This document shows, piece after piece, positions 38,757-48,474 of a DNA stretch of 64,000 nt. The DNA lies in the IMG/VR virus record IMGVR_UViG_3300027754_005796, positions 96,001-160,000 of that record; one strand, written 5' to 3'. Within the stretch, counting starts at the first letter, position 1, and the number at the start of each line of letters is the position of its first letter. The translations under genes and the position numbers were made by a program. The stretch comes from a virus. The notes beneath the pieces were generated by a model. The model was not told the DNA's origin. It saw only the letters and a list, made by a program, of their open reading frames with translations, and did no database searches.

Positions 38757-39326
38757 ATGCTCGATAAAGTCAAAAAAACAAAAAATCCCAGAGAAAAAGC
38801 TGAAATTATTTGGGAATTTTATTGTACTCGTAAACTTGTGATGAATTTGGAGCCATCTTGGACTCACCCGTCCTATCATTTAGTTGAAAAATACCTAAAT
38901 AATACCATTCAAAAAAATGAATTGCCCCAGCTTGTTGAGGTTATCAAAAGCCATGAACAGCAAGATGGCAAAGAAGTTCTACAATTCGTAAATCGCCCCT
39001 CTGGGCCTGTCAGAATTATGCATGAGGGTTGGAAGATTGGCAGTCCCACTTGGGTATTTATGGGTCGAAATCTTCATCCAAATGCTACTCAATATCTTGG
39101 CAACGGTTGGATAGCAGTTTGTCGGGAAGTACCCTCAGAACTTTATAAATTGTTTGATCCAAGCATTCCTAACCTTGTATGGATTGCTTATCACCGAGAT
39201 AGATCTATGGCTTTCACAGAGAGTGAAAATTGTATAGGTCCAGCAGTTTTTTATGATGTGTTCATGAAATTAACTGCGAAAATTGCAGGAAAATTGCCTG
39301 AAAATCCAGACCCGAAGGTGAATTGA
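38757..39326 (+). CDS. Hypothetical protein
   Basis: 189-aa ORF. Confidence 0.65.
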   Translation: MLDKVKKTKNPREKAEIIWEFYCTRKLVMNLEPSWTHPSYHLVEKYLNNTIQKNELPQLVEVIKSHEQQDGKEVLQFVNRPSGPVRIMHEGWKIGSPTWVFMGRNLHPNATQYLGNGWIAVCREVPSELYKLFDPSIPNLVWIAYHRDRSMAFTESENCIGPAVFYDVFMKLTAKIAGKLPENPDPKVN

Positions 39327-40009
39327 TGTACACGAATAAAATTTTGGTGAGCAAGGCAGTCCAAGGCTCACAGTTTTGCGATGAGTTTCTTTTAAAAAAT
39401 CCCTATTCTTTAATTTATGTGCTAAGTCACAACAGTAAGGGTGCGGTCGGCATTATGTTGAACGGTCCTAGTATCGGCAAATTAAATTCAATTTATTTAA
39501 AAGATGTGGTTGATGCGCCTGAAGGCCAATATGATAAATTCAAACAAATGTACATGGATGGTGTTTTCAAAGATTTACAGCTTCATCTTGCTGGCCCAAG
39601 AAAAACTAAAGGGGTCTATTTCCTGCACGGTTATGGTGATTCTGCTTGTGTCTTGAAGCCATCTCAGGAGCCGACCTTAAATGATGCTCTCCAAGAAACT
39701 ATTTTTGGCCAGCCTGAAAAATCCAAGAAAAAATATGAAGTGGTTGATGGAGTTTTCTTTGGCACTCCATATACCTTTGCGCACATTGTCGAAAACGATA
39801 GACTTTTAGAAAATAAATACAAGTTTTTCACAGGAGAAACTTGTTGGGTTCCGGGGCAGTTGGAAACTGAGGTTCAAGCTGGCTTCTGGGCCGTGGTTGA
39901 CTACAACTCTGATTATTTTTTTGACCATATAAAATGCGAAAGTTTGGCTCGATCTTATAGAAAAATCGAGCCAAACTTTTTTTCTCGCATCAAACCTTCG
40001 CTAAATTAA
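39326..40009 (+). CDS. YqgE/AlgH (DUF179) family protein
   Basis: [38 protein letters not shown]. Confidence 0.75.
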   Translation: MYTNKILVSKAVQGSQFCDEFLLKNPYSLIYVLSHNSKGAVGIMLNGPSIGKLNSIYLKDVVDAPEGQYDKFKQMYMDGVFKDLQLHLAGPRKTKGVYFLHGYGDSACVLKPSQEPTLNDALQETIFGQPEKSKKKYEVVDGVFFGTPYTFAHIVENDRLLENKYKFFTGETCWVPGQLETEVQAGFWAVVDYNSDYFFDHIKCESLARSYRKIEPNFFSRIKPSLN

Positions 40010-41073
40010 TCCAGAGATACAATCTCGCCACCTTCGGGAGTGCAGATTGATCTCAAGATTAATGTGGTAATTTTATCATTAACAAACTGCACATGCCCAT
40101 CGCCAAAGACTGCGTTGACACCACTTGAATGATAGGAGAAAGGTTCGTCATTGGGACCGCAGTTGTTGAGACTCCAAGGGCAAGTAGTAGGGCCACCTAT
40201 TGGAGATGCATTGTTGTTGATTTTAGCGACTTTGCTGTCGGTTGCTTGGTGGGGGCCAGAAACACCATTGCCAACATCTGGTTCTGCCCAACGATAGTTG
40301 TTTCTCATGCCACTTGGGGAGGCTACGGAGGAACCGCCGTAAGCTTTGTAGTTGGATTTCATGTAAGGACTGATGCTCTCGTGTGATTTGCCAGCATCTT
40401 CAATAATTGCAATTGTGTTGCTTGTGCCGTCCATTACAGCAGCAATGCTTCTGCCGCCTCTGCGAATTACATTCATCCCATTGGTGCTGATGTTTGTGAT
40501 TGTAGGAGGACTGGCTGTTCCAGCGCCAATAACTTCGTAGTGAAGAGTGAGAAGACCCGGAGTTTTGTATAGGTTGCATGTATTGCTGATTGTACAACGG
40601 CAACTTGTGTTTGGGTCGATGTCAACATATGCAACTGGCATGTAATCAACTTGTCCATAGTTTTGGGGATCATTCTTTGAACCAAAAGATGGACAGAGGA
40701 AGGATTTGATAACTTGTTGCCCTGCTCCATTTGCAACATTTGTTGGATGATCATAAGGAATTGTGGTATCGAATAGCTTGGCAGCGTTGTCCTGTTCGAC
40801 ATATGGAAGAATGTGTGTGTAGGTTGAATTTACATCAAAAGTGGTAGACAAATTGGCAGAAAGACCTTCACCGCTTGTTGGCAAGTAGCCCATAGTGCTT
40901 TGATAATTATGAAGAGCCAACCCGATTTGCTTCATGTTGTTACTGCAACTCATTCTGTTTGCAGCCTCCCGTACCTTCTGCACGGCTGGGACCAGTAAAC
41001 CTACCAATACGGCGATAATTGCAATTACGACCAATAGTTCAATAAGCGTAAAAGCTTTTCTTTTTGCGTTCAT
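40006..41073 (-). CDS. DUF1559 prepilin-type N-terminal cleavage/methylation protein (H-X9-DG C-terminus)
   Basis: [53 protein letters not shown]; DGTSNT; [16 protein letters not shown]. Confidence 0.95.
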   Translation of the reverse strand: MNAKRKAFTLIELLVVIAIIAVLVGLLVPAVQKVREAANRMSCSNNMKQIGLALHNYQSTMGYLPTSGEGLSANLSTTFDVNSTYTHILPYVEQDNAAKLFDTTIPYDHPTNVANGAGQQVIKSFLCPSFGSKNDPQNYGQVDYMPVAYVDIDPNTSCRCTISNTCNLYKTPGLLTLHYEVIGAGTASPPTITNISTNGMNVIRRGGRSIAAVMDGTSNTIAIIEDAGKSHESISPYMKSNYKAYGGSSVASPSGMRNNYRWAEPDVGNGVSGPHQATDSKVAKINNNASPIGGPTTCPWSLNNCGPNDEPFSYHSSGVNAVFGDGHVQFVNDKITTLILRSICTPEGGEIVSLD

Positions 41074-41227
41074 ATAAATTCTCCTTTAGTTCACTAATAA
41101 TTACAGTTTTTTAAAAAAATATCATGTGTGCTTATGATGAAACAATTGCGAAGATTTTATGAGGAAAATTTTGTTACTTTTTGCATTTTCGTGGGGTATA
41201 CACAAGTAATACCTTCAGGAGTTCAGC

Positions 41228-41485
41228 ATGTTACATACTTTTATTTTGCCTGTTGTAAAACCCGAAACTTGTTTCTCGGTCGAACATGAAATTGAGGATA
41301 ATGAAAAGGCTTTTATTCGTCGTTCTTTGCATCATTTGATGAACAATAATCCAATCCTAGGAATGTGGATCAAACAATATGCAAAGGGCACCAAAGACCC
41401 CAAAAGCACCATGATCTGTGCGCTGGTTTTGTACAAGTTGCTTGAAAGTCAGGGAGAGGCAGATTTCATGAATGACAATTTTTAG
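41228..41485 (+). CDS. Hypothetical protein
   Basis: 85-aa ORF, RBS AGGAG. Confidence 0.6.
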   Translation: MLHTFILPVVKPETCFSVEHEIEDNEKAFIRRSLHHLMNNNPILGMWIKQYAKGTKDPKSTMICALVLYKLLESQGEADFMNDNF

Positions 41486-41550
41486 CTAGTTTTCGAGACA
41501 ATTTAATATGTATCTCGTACATATTTTATTGTCTCTGACCAAGGAGTTCG

Positions 41551-41955
41551 ATGGAACCCGTTGATGATCGTACCTTGGGCGAAAAAGCAAGTGACTCAGT
41601 CGCAAAATTCGGCGGTTCTTGGTATTTCATCATATTGGGTTTTTTTGTTGTTATTGTTTGGGTGTTTGTCAATTTAATTCCTTGGTGTCTGACTTGGGAC
41701 GACTATCCTTTTGTTTTGCTCAATCTCGTTCTCTCATTGATTGCTGCTTTTCAAGCACCTTTTATTCTTATGTCTCAGCGTCGTGTCGAGCGCAAGCAAG
41801 ATGCGATTTACCGCACTCTATTTAGAGAAATCAAGGAGTTGGTTGAAGTCAGCCTTAGCCTTGAGCATGAGGTTTTGGAATCCAATAAAAAACTCGAGCA
41901 AGAATTTGAAATTATCAAGGAAAAAATAGAAAAAATTGAGGCGAAATTACGATGA
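41551..41955 (+). CDS. DUF1003 membrane protein
   Basis: TLGEKASDSVAKFGGSW, YPFVLLNLVLS..AAFQAPFILMSQ. Confidence 0.9.
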   Translation: MEPVDDRTLGEKASDSVAKFGGSWYFIILGFFVVIVWVFVNLIPWCLTWDDYPFVLLNLVLSLIAAFQAPFILMSQRRVERKQDAIYRTLFREIKELVEVSLSLEHEVLESNKKLEQEFEIIKEKIEKIEAKLR

Positions 41956-42845
41956 AATATCGGGCAACTTGCACCATTATTTGGGATTTTGAATCAGAGC
42001 TACCTCAAGAACAAGCGATTAAGTTTGCCAGAAAACACCTCGATGAAATACCAGCTAAAGATGGTATGGAGGATGTTCGATTCGTTATCAATCTGGACAA
42101 ATTGAGAAGTAAGGTTGAGAGAATCAAATTAGGCGAGGCATTCTTGGAGGAGGTCTTTCCTTTTATTACGGAACAAAGCAGCAAAAAAGAATATGTCTTT
42201 GACGGGGAATCATATCAAGTAAAAATGAATGTGGACAGGTATCATGTTTTCAAAGCTAACAGTAAATGTGTAGCCTGTGGGCTACAGGGCACCAGAATGC
42301 ACCTTGAGTGTCACCCATCAGACAAAACACCGCACTTCAATTTGTATGGCGAGGAAAATGGCAAATTAATTCTGTTTACCAAAGACCACATTAAAGCAAA
42401 GGCTTTTGGTGGTGAAGATGTTCTGGAAAATTATCAAACTATGTGTGTTATCTGCAACAGCATCAAAGCGCACAGCAACCTAAGTATTGAAAATGTCAAA
42501 AAGCTGAGGGATTTAATTGAAGAAAAACGAAAGGTCCTAACAAAAAAGAAATTACACATGCTGGTCGAGGAAGAGAGGATGAAGCTGGAAGACCCGTGGC
42601 CACATGAAGCTGTCAAAGCTGTAAAGCCTAATAAATATTGTGTTAAAGTATTACAAAATCTTGTAATTTATGAAGAAAATTTGCAATTGGTTGGTTTTCC
42701 AGCAACCGAAGCACACGGCCTGAAAAAGGCCATGACGGTTCAGAAAGATTCATGGCTGGAGTCCGTACTCGAAGTTAATGAATATTTGTACTGCAAATTG
42801 ACTGAACATAAGATTGCCAAAATTCATAAAAATCTCGTCAATTAA
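41952..42845 (+). CDS. HNH-domain protein
   Basis: CVACG, PHFNLYG, FTKDHI..GG..ENYQTMCVICNSIK. Confidence 0.75.
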   Translation: MKYRATCTIIWDFESELPQEQAIKFARKHLDEIPAKDGMEDVRFVINLDKLRSKVERIKLGEAFLEEVFPFITEQSSKKEYVFDGESYQVKMNVDRYHVFKANSKCVACGLQGTRMHLECHPSDKTPHFNLYGEENGKLILFTKDHIKAKAFGGEDVLENYQTMCVICNSIKAHSNLSIENVKKLRDLIEEKRKVLTKKKLHMLVEEERMKLEDPWPHEAVKAVKPNKYCVKVLQNLVIYEENLQLVGFPATEAHGLKKAMTVQKDSWLESVLEVNEYLYCKLTEHKIAKIHKNLVN

Positions 42846-42876
42846 TATATAATTTTGTAGCTGTAAAAGGAGTGAC

Positions 42877-43491
42877 ATGAAACTCGAACCTTGGGAAATT
42901 GAACTGCAAAATCAATTAGGCTCTAATTTTGTGCCTGAAGTGCCAAAAATTAAACCAGTTCCTGTTGAGTCAGTTGTTTCTGAGCCAGAGGTTGTTTCCG
43001 AACCAAATCCTGTTGTTGAGGAAAGTAAGGGACCCGGAACTTGGGCTTTTTTGATTCTTTTTACGGTTTTGGCTTTGTCCTCTTTGTATATTTATGATGG
43101 CAAAACTGGAGGCAAGATGAAGTCTTGGGTAGCCAGTCGGTTTCATACTGTTCCCCAAGAGCAAAATCTAAAGGAAAACAAGGCTGTCGAGCAACCTAAG
43201 TTGGAGTTTGAAGATGCTGAGGTTGCGAAGTTGCGTACAGAACTTTATAAACTGAAAAATGAGAATAAATCTCAATACGATGCAGTCATGGGTAAGCTCA
43301 ATTTAGTTGGAAACAAGGTTGTGCTGATAGGTTTGCTTTTAAATGAAAACTTCAACATAATTCGGCAGAGTGCAAATTACGAAGACATGGTCTTCTTCAA
43401 CAGAGATTGGACCCTGAATAAGATGCCAAAATACATCGATCTAAGTGATGATGACAGGGAATATCTTCGTAAGTATGTGAATAAAAGCTAA
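42877..43491 (+). CDS. Membrane-anchored hypothetical protein
   Basis: Central TM, VVSEP repeats. Confidence 0.65.
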   Translation: MKLEPWEIELQNQLGSNFVPEVPKIKPVPVESVVSEPEVVSEPNPVVEESKGPGTWAFLILFTVLALSSLYIYDGKTGGKMKSWVASRFHTVPQEQNLKENKAVEQPKLEFEDAEVAKLRTELYKLKNENKSQYDAVMGKLNLVGNKVVLIGLLLNENFNIIRQSANYEDMVFFNRDWTLNKMPKYIDLSDDDREYLRKYVNKS

Positions 43492-44180
43492 TATGTCTTG
43501 AAGTTTGTCGGGCCGTTATAGGCTACTGCATAACTTAGGTCTTTGATTGAAGCAGCAAGATAGTCCGCTGTCAAAAGTGCCAAGTCTTTTTCGTTCCTCA
43601 GATCATAAATGATTTCTAATTGCATCGAGTAAACATCAGAATCCAGTTCCCATTTTCTGAAATATTGATTCATGTTGTTGCGGGACCAGCCACTCATGGG
43701 ACCGCCTTTTTTTCCCTCGTATGAAACAATTCCAGATTTATTCAATGAATTTAAAAGGAAATTCTTCTGCCAGCCCTCACAGGTGTAGCTGTTGGGGCTT
43801 CCAGAACCGTATCCTAAAACCAAGTCCAAATCGGGGTCTTTGGCAATTTGCCTATGTTTGTTTGACATTCCGTGGATGTAAAAAATGTACACACATTCCT
43901 TGTACTGAAGTATTCTGTTTTTGAATCTGATGATGGGTTCTAAAAATTCTTCTCGAACAACATCTTCTTGGCAATGATAAACATTGTTACAATCTGCTTT
44001 GTCTTTCAGATAATCAACAGTTTCTGATCGCTCCCACCCACGGTTGATAACAGCGTATCCTTTGATTTGTTCAGCGATTTTTTCCGCAATAAGACCTGTG
44101 TTCTGATCGTCAGGATCATAGCCGTGTGGTGCCACCAAAATGACTGGAGCTTTGCCGGAAATGACACTTACTCTTTCCAT
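43488..44180 (-). CDS. N-formylglutamate amidohydrolase-like Zn hydrolase
   Basis: VILVAPHG..D..T, YIHG, DLVLGYG, MQLEI. Confidence 0.55.
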   Translation of the reverse strand: MERVSVISGKAPVILVAPHGYDPDDQNTGLIAEKIAEQIKGYAVINRGWERSETVDYLKDKADCNNVYHCQEDVVREEFLEPIIRFKNRILQYKECVYIFYIHGMSNKHRQIAKDPDLDLVLGYGSGSPNSYTCEGWQKNFLLNSLNKSGIVSYEGKKGGPMSGWSRNNMNQYFRKWELDSDVYSMQLEIIYDLRNEKDLALLTADYLAASIKDLSYAVAYNGPTNFKTY

Positions 44181-44203
44181 GCCTTATGATCCTTGAGCCA
44201 AGA

Positions 44204-44230
44204 AAACCCCCCTGACTTTAGTCGGGGGGA
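44204..44230 (-). terminator. Intrinsic terminator
   Basis: CCCCCCTGAC-TTTA-GTCGGGGGG hairpin with an A-run on the + side. Confidence 0.6.
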
Positions 44231-44235
44231 GGATT

Positions 44236-44613
44236 TCAATTAGTCTCCACAAGCACGGCTTCGATGCCATGCTCAAGAGCGGCATTGATCTGTTCCACTT
44301 CATCATCATAGTGTTTATAGACTCCAATTCTTTTGAGAATTGGACCTTTGGGTGCGTGATTGCAAAAATGGGTTTGTTTTATCGGTAGATTTTCAAGTTT
44401 AATGAATTCTTTTATTCTCATCCTGTCGGGCTGATTTTCTTTGATCCATTTGATGTTTTCGTGGTTTTTATTTCTTGCTGTAACTATATAGCATCTATAC
44501 CCTTTATGGTCATAGTCTCTAACTAGATCTACCATTTTTTGGTTAACTTCACCATTTCTCATATACAGAGTATCGTCAAAGTCAAAAGAAACTATCTTAT
44601 TAAGCTTGCCCAT
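44236..44613 (-). CDS. HAD-superfamily hydrolase
   Basis: SFDFDDTL, IVTAR, HYDD. Confidence 0.8.
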   Translation of the reverse strand: MGKLNKIVSFDFDDTLYMRNGEVNQKMVDLVRDYDHKGYRCYIVTARNKNHENIKWIKENQPDRMRIKEFIKLENLPIKQTHFCNHAPKGPILKRIGVYKHYDDEVEQINAALEHGIEAVLVETN

Positions 44614-44643
44614 TATTTTCTCCTTAATAAATTATATGGTTAA

Positions 44644-44841
44644 ATGCTAAATAATTTTTTGGACTCAATCTTTAAGGATTTAATGACAGACAAGAAATGC
44701 GTGATAGATTTGCGTGAAAAAAAACCAGAAGAAATTTTCGTATTTCTCCAAGCTTTGCTGGCAGTTCGTTGCAAACTGAATCAGTCCACAGGTCATAAGA
44801 TATCATCATCAAAAACAAAAAAGAAATCAAAGATTGCTTAA
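44644..44841 (+). CDS. Hypothetical protein
   Basis: Short ORF. Confidence 0.4.
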   Translation: MLNNFLDSIFKDLMTDKKCVIDLREKKPEEIFVFLQALLAVRCKLNQSTGHKISSSKTKKKSKIA

Positions 44842-44860
44842 ACAAATTGACGACGATAGT

Positions 44861-45187
44861 TCATGATTTTGATTTGATGATTATCGTTCCAAGCACTATC
44901 AACGACAATCCAAAAATTCTTATCTTGTCTAACTTGATTCCAAAGAAAAAAACAGGAAAAAGAAAATAAATTCCAATCATCAAACAGTCCCAAAACATTG
45001 AAAAAACATACAACTGAGACCTGTTGCCAATAGTTTTCGCAGCTAAAAACCATAAGCCATTGCTAAGCAATCCGATCAGGAGACCAATCGGAATAAACCA
45101 CCAACGATCATAGAACTTTTCGTTAAATGTTAAATAGCAACAAATACAATGAATCGTGCCTATCAAGACCAAAAATATTAGCCACAT
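44861..45187 (-). CDS. Small multi-pass membrane protein (DMT/SMR-like)
   Basis: About four hydrophobic helices; C-terminal GLSLIVLGTIII. Confidence 0.55.
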   Translation of the reverse strand: MWLIFLVLIGTIHCICCYLTFNEKFYDRWWFIPIGLLIGLLSNGLWFLAAKTIGNRSQLYVFSMFWDCLMIGIYFLFPVFFFGIKLDKIRIFGLSLIVLGTIIIKSKS

Positions 45188-45219
45188 GTCTACAAAATAG
45201 TATATGCGCAGTAGAAAAA

Positions 45220-45239
45220 TGGCGAGAGAGGGATTTGAA
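45220..45239 (-). pseudogene. tRNA 3'-end remnant
   Basis: TTCAAAT-CCCTC-TCTCGCC-A; no matching 5' half. Confidence 0.45.
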
Positions 45240-45356
45240 ATATTTCAGTATACCTGCTCTCCTTGGATGTAATTAGCACAGCATAGGTTCACTAAGCAAT
45301 ATACTCAAAATTTTTCAAGAATACGGTCTAAATATCAATAGACAAGGAGCAACATA

Positions 45357-45821
45357 ATGATCAGTTTAAATGAATTTAAAAAGGGCAAGCCAGCACAAAA
45401 TGAGGCTAAATCTCCTAAAGTAGATGGCAAGCAAACTAAAATTAATTCCAAGCCTCAAGGTGGAGCTTCAACTCTATTTGCAAAGCTTTTTGAGGCAAGA
45501 GACTTTGCTCATTATGTTCACCTACAAACAGAGTCTTTTGCCCAACATAAGGCTTTGGGTAAGTTTTATGAGGGTGTTGTTGACTTGGCCGACACTTTTT
45601 ACGAGACACACGCAGGACAATATGGCAAATCGTCTTTTTCGCCTACAAGTGGAGGTCTGAATAAGGGTGAGAATCCAATTTCTTATCTGGAAAATTTGGC
45701 AAAAATGTTGACTGAGGCTCACTCTTTTTTTGATGAGAAAGATACTCATCTGCACAATATTCTGGATGAGATCACGGCATTGACCTATCACACAGTTTAC
45801 AAGTTGAAATATTTAAAATAA
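45357..45821 (+). CDS. Ferritin/Dps-like phage protein (DUF5856-like)
   Basis: AHYVHLQTESFAQHKALGKFYE..DTFYE..GQYG; HNILDEI..TVYKLKYLK. Confidence 0.75.
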   Translation: MISLNEFKKGKPAQNEAKSPKVDGKQTKINSKPQGGASTLFAKLFEARDFAHYVHLQTESFAQHKALGKFYEGVVDLADTFYETHAGQYGKSSFSPTSGGLNKGENPISYLENLAKMLTEAHSFFDEKDTHLHNILDEITALTYHTVYKLKYLK

Positions 45822-46745
45822 TTATTCTGCTTGATAAAGCATCGGTCGAAGCGGTTTCGGATTCATTTCAATCTCAACTGCTTCTTTCATAAATGCACAG
45901 ACGGCTGCAAAGTTTTCATCTACGCTTGGCTCAAGATCAGAAAAAGACACAAATTTTTTGGAGTTTTTGCTCCATAGCATATTCACGCTGCAAGCTCCTA
46001 CGCTATAAAACCAATCGACATCACTTCCCGTTCCTTGGAGGTTGTCTGTTCTTTCTGTTTTGAATCCGTTCATGCCTGACAATTTTAGAAGCAGATGTTC
46101 GATTTTGTCGCCATCTTGTCCATTGCAGATTTGGGGTTGGACAAATTTTTCCCCATAAGTGTGGCTGCTTAGAACTGCTTTAAATTTGAGTTCGTTGGTT
46201 AAATCCATAATCAGTTTCACGGGAGATGGCGATTGATTGTTTGGTTTAGCTGGGTGTGGGAAACTTTTTATTGTTTCAAACCCCTCAATATCGTGTGACT
46301 TGAGAAATGTATCGGGACTTAATACAGGTATGAAATAAATGTCCCTGTTTTTCACTAGCCAGTTAACATCATCATCTGTGTCGATCCGACAAAGAAATTT
46401 TTCCATGAATTTCATATTGGCTAAAATGGCGAATTCCTCATCGCCCTCCAATCCAGCTTGAATAAGCACTTTAGGCTTGCCGACTTTGCCAACACGCAAA
46501 TAGTTGCAAAGAGTTCCCAAAGATGTTTTGCCGTAGGCTCCAATCTCTGTTGTCTCTGGCAGTTGTTGGTGCCAGATATTCAGTTGCTCTACGACTTCAT
46601 CATATGTTTTAAAAACTTTTGGAGACTTGCTGACACATTTTGGTTCTGTCATTGTGCGAACATGGTTTTTTTTGTGAAAAGCAACAGCTTGTGTCACTCC
46701 GAGGAGCACGATAGCGAACATCATAGCCATGCTTTTCTTTTTCAT
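45822..46745 (-). CDS. Secreted M14 zinc carboxypeptidase-like protein
   Basis: Signal peptide; YGKTSLG, VLIQAGLEGDE, IYFIPVLSPD, SSHTYG, GSDVDW. Confidence 0.7.
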   Translation of the reverse strand: MKKKSMAMMFAIVLLGVTQAVAFHKKNHVRTMTEPKCVSKSPKVFKTYDEVVEQLNIWHQQLPETTEIGAYGKTSLGTLCNYLRVGKVGKPKVLIQAGLEGDEEFAILANMKFMEKFLCRIDTDDDVNWLVKNRDIYFIPVLSPDTFLKSHDIEGFETIKSFPHPAKPNNQSPSPVKLIMDLTNELKFKAVLSSHTYGEKFVQPQICNGQDGDKIEHLLLKLSGMNGFKTERTDNLQGTGSDVDWFYSVGACSVNMLWSKNSKKFVSFSDLEPSVDENFAAVCAFMKEAVEIEMNPKPLRPMLYQAE

Positions 46746-46759
46746 GTCGCACCTTTGAT

Positions 46760-47170
46760 TCAAATTTTATGGGGGTCTCGCCAAACTGGCTCATACGAAT
46801 TTCTTGAAGCATCTTGGTCTAAAGTGCGATAATCTCTACCGTACTTGTCTGTAAACATTTTTCTTTTCTTGGTGTATTCATCACGCTTTTTGGCCAAAAA
46901 ACGACTGAATGCAATCTTGGGAGACTCACCGGGTTTGGAGAATTTTTTGAATCCACCACCTGCTTTCATCATTCTAACCCAAAGATCATATGCTTGTTCA
47001 GGCATCTTGTCTGGATTGAAAATTTCTAGTCTTTCAACTTGGTTGGCATCATCAATCATTTTTTCTTGTTTTACTATTTTGGGATCAGCCCAACGACCTC
47101 TTCCAAAAAAATAATCTCCAACAACTCCTTCGTCCATATCGCTTTTGTAATGCATCAGTCTTTTCTCCAA
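46760..47170 (-). CDS. Hypothetical protein
   Basis: 136-aa ORF. Confidence 0.6.
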   Translation of the reverse strand: MEKRLMHYKSDMDEGVVGDYFFGRGRWADPKIVKQEKMIDDANQVERLEIFNPDKMPEQAYDLWVRMMKAGGGFKKFSKPGESPKIAFSRFLAKKRDEYTKKRKMFTDKYGRDYRTLDQDASRNSYEPVWRDPHKI

Positions 47171-48408
47171 CTAATTGGTTTACTGGTTTTTTTTCTTCTA
47201 ACTCCGACTTTATTGCAAGCTGACAGGGTTGGTCGGCAAGCTGGATATTTGCGATCTGCACCTTTACCCGTCTTTTGCCTTCCACAAGGCACTAGCTTGC
47301 CCTTTTTGCTTGCCCTGCAATCAATCCAACCCTTTCCCTTATTTCTGCTAAACCATCCGTGTAAGCCTTGCTCTTTTTCGGCTTTAAAAATGCTTTCTTG
47401 CATATGCGATTCGTCTGTGGAATTTCCCCAATTGGCTGCTCCTACTTTACGGCATTTGACTAGTGCTCCTGAATTGCCGGTAATTGATATTGTTCCTCGC
47501 CCGTCAGTCTCTTGCATCATGACCCAAGTGCCATTACTTGTTTGCGGACACCAAACATCTGCTTGCCTTTTTTCAGTAAGTCTGAAGCCTTCCCAGCTTT
47601 TAGTTCCGTTATAGGCGACATAATTACAATTATAAATATTGTGGTTTTTGCGTTTATTGAAAGTCACCAATCCTTTATTCAAAAAAGCACTTAAAAGAAA
47701 AGCGTCTCTGTGATTTGTGTCTTTTTGTTTAAATCCAAACGACTGTTTTTCTAGTGGAGTATCAAACATATATTCATGATTTTTTTCATTTGTTTGTTTG
47801 ACAAGTCTTTGTGTTTTTCTCTGATTACCATCATAAATTATTGCGCTGTACAGCCAGCTTTGCCTTTGTTCGGGAGTACAGGCCAAAAGATATTCAATCC
47901 AATTGGTTTGATATTTGTAAATTTTTTCTAGTTCAATCGGTTGTCCATCATAATACTTTGAACTTATTACCAACTTTCTATTACTGCCACTTTGATTTAA
48001 AAGTTCTTCAGTCGTGGCTAATCTCATATTGTTAATTATGTCGTTGTATTTTTTTCTACCTCTATTGCCATTGCAGGCAGGGTATTTGACAACCCATTTG
48101 TGATTTGGAGTACATTCAAATTTCCATCCTGTGTTTCCATTTTTTATAACATATGTATCGGCATTTTCATAGAAATGCAAATTTTGAATTTCTTGAAATT
48201 CCAATTGATCGCTTTCCATGCTGTATGTCAAAATTTCGTCTCCAACTTTAAGTTGATGATGAAATTTCCATCCATCTCTGGTTAAAGCTTTAGAAGTTTC
48301 GACCGGCACGCAAGCATATGCGCTAGGAAAAACCCGATACCTTCTCTTGACCTTGTGGTAGCAGGCATCCTTTACTTCACGCAACAGCAGCCATTCTTGA
48401 AATTTCAT
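47155..48408 (-). CDS. Small basic Cys-containing phage protein interrupted by an intein
   Basis: Exteins MKFQEWLLLREVKDACYHKVKRRYRVFPSAYA | SGALVKCRKVGAANWG...; RBS AGGAG before 48408. Confidence 0.8.
   Translation of the reverse strand: MKFQEWLLLREVKDACYHKVKRRYRVFPSAYACVPVETSKALTRDGWKFHHQLKVGDEILTYSMESDQLEFQEIQNLHFYENADTYVIKNGNTGWKFECTPNHKWVVKYPACNGNRGRKKYNDIINNMRLATTEELLNQSGSNRKLVISSKYYDGQPIELEKIYKYQTNWIEYLLACTPEQRQSWLYSAIIYDGNQRKTQRLVKQTNEKNHEYMFDTPLEKQSFGFKQKDTNHRDAFLLSAFLNKGLVTFNKRKNHNIYNCNYVAYNGTKSWEGFRLTEKRQADVWCPQTSNGTWVMMQETDGRGTISITGNSGALVKCRKVGAANWGNSTDESHMQESIFKAEKEQGLHGWFSRNKGKGWIDCRASKKGKLVPCGRQKTGKGADRKYPACRPTLSACNKVGVRRKKTSKPISWRKD
47473..48312 (-). mobile_element. Intein (280 aa) with probably degenerate LAGLIDADG region
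   Basis: Block A CVPVETSKALTRDGWK, block B ECTPNHKW, EQRQSWLYSAIIYDG, block F VWCPQTSNGTW, block G ITGN followed by Ser+1. Confidence 0.9.
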
Positions 48409-48474
48409 CTTGTTCGTGCTCCTGTTTTTACTTAAAATATTTAGCATCCTTGATGCATTTTTTGGGATTTATTT

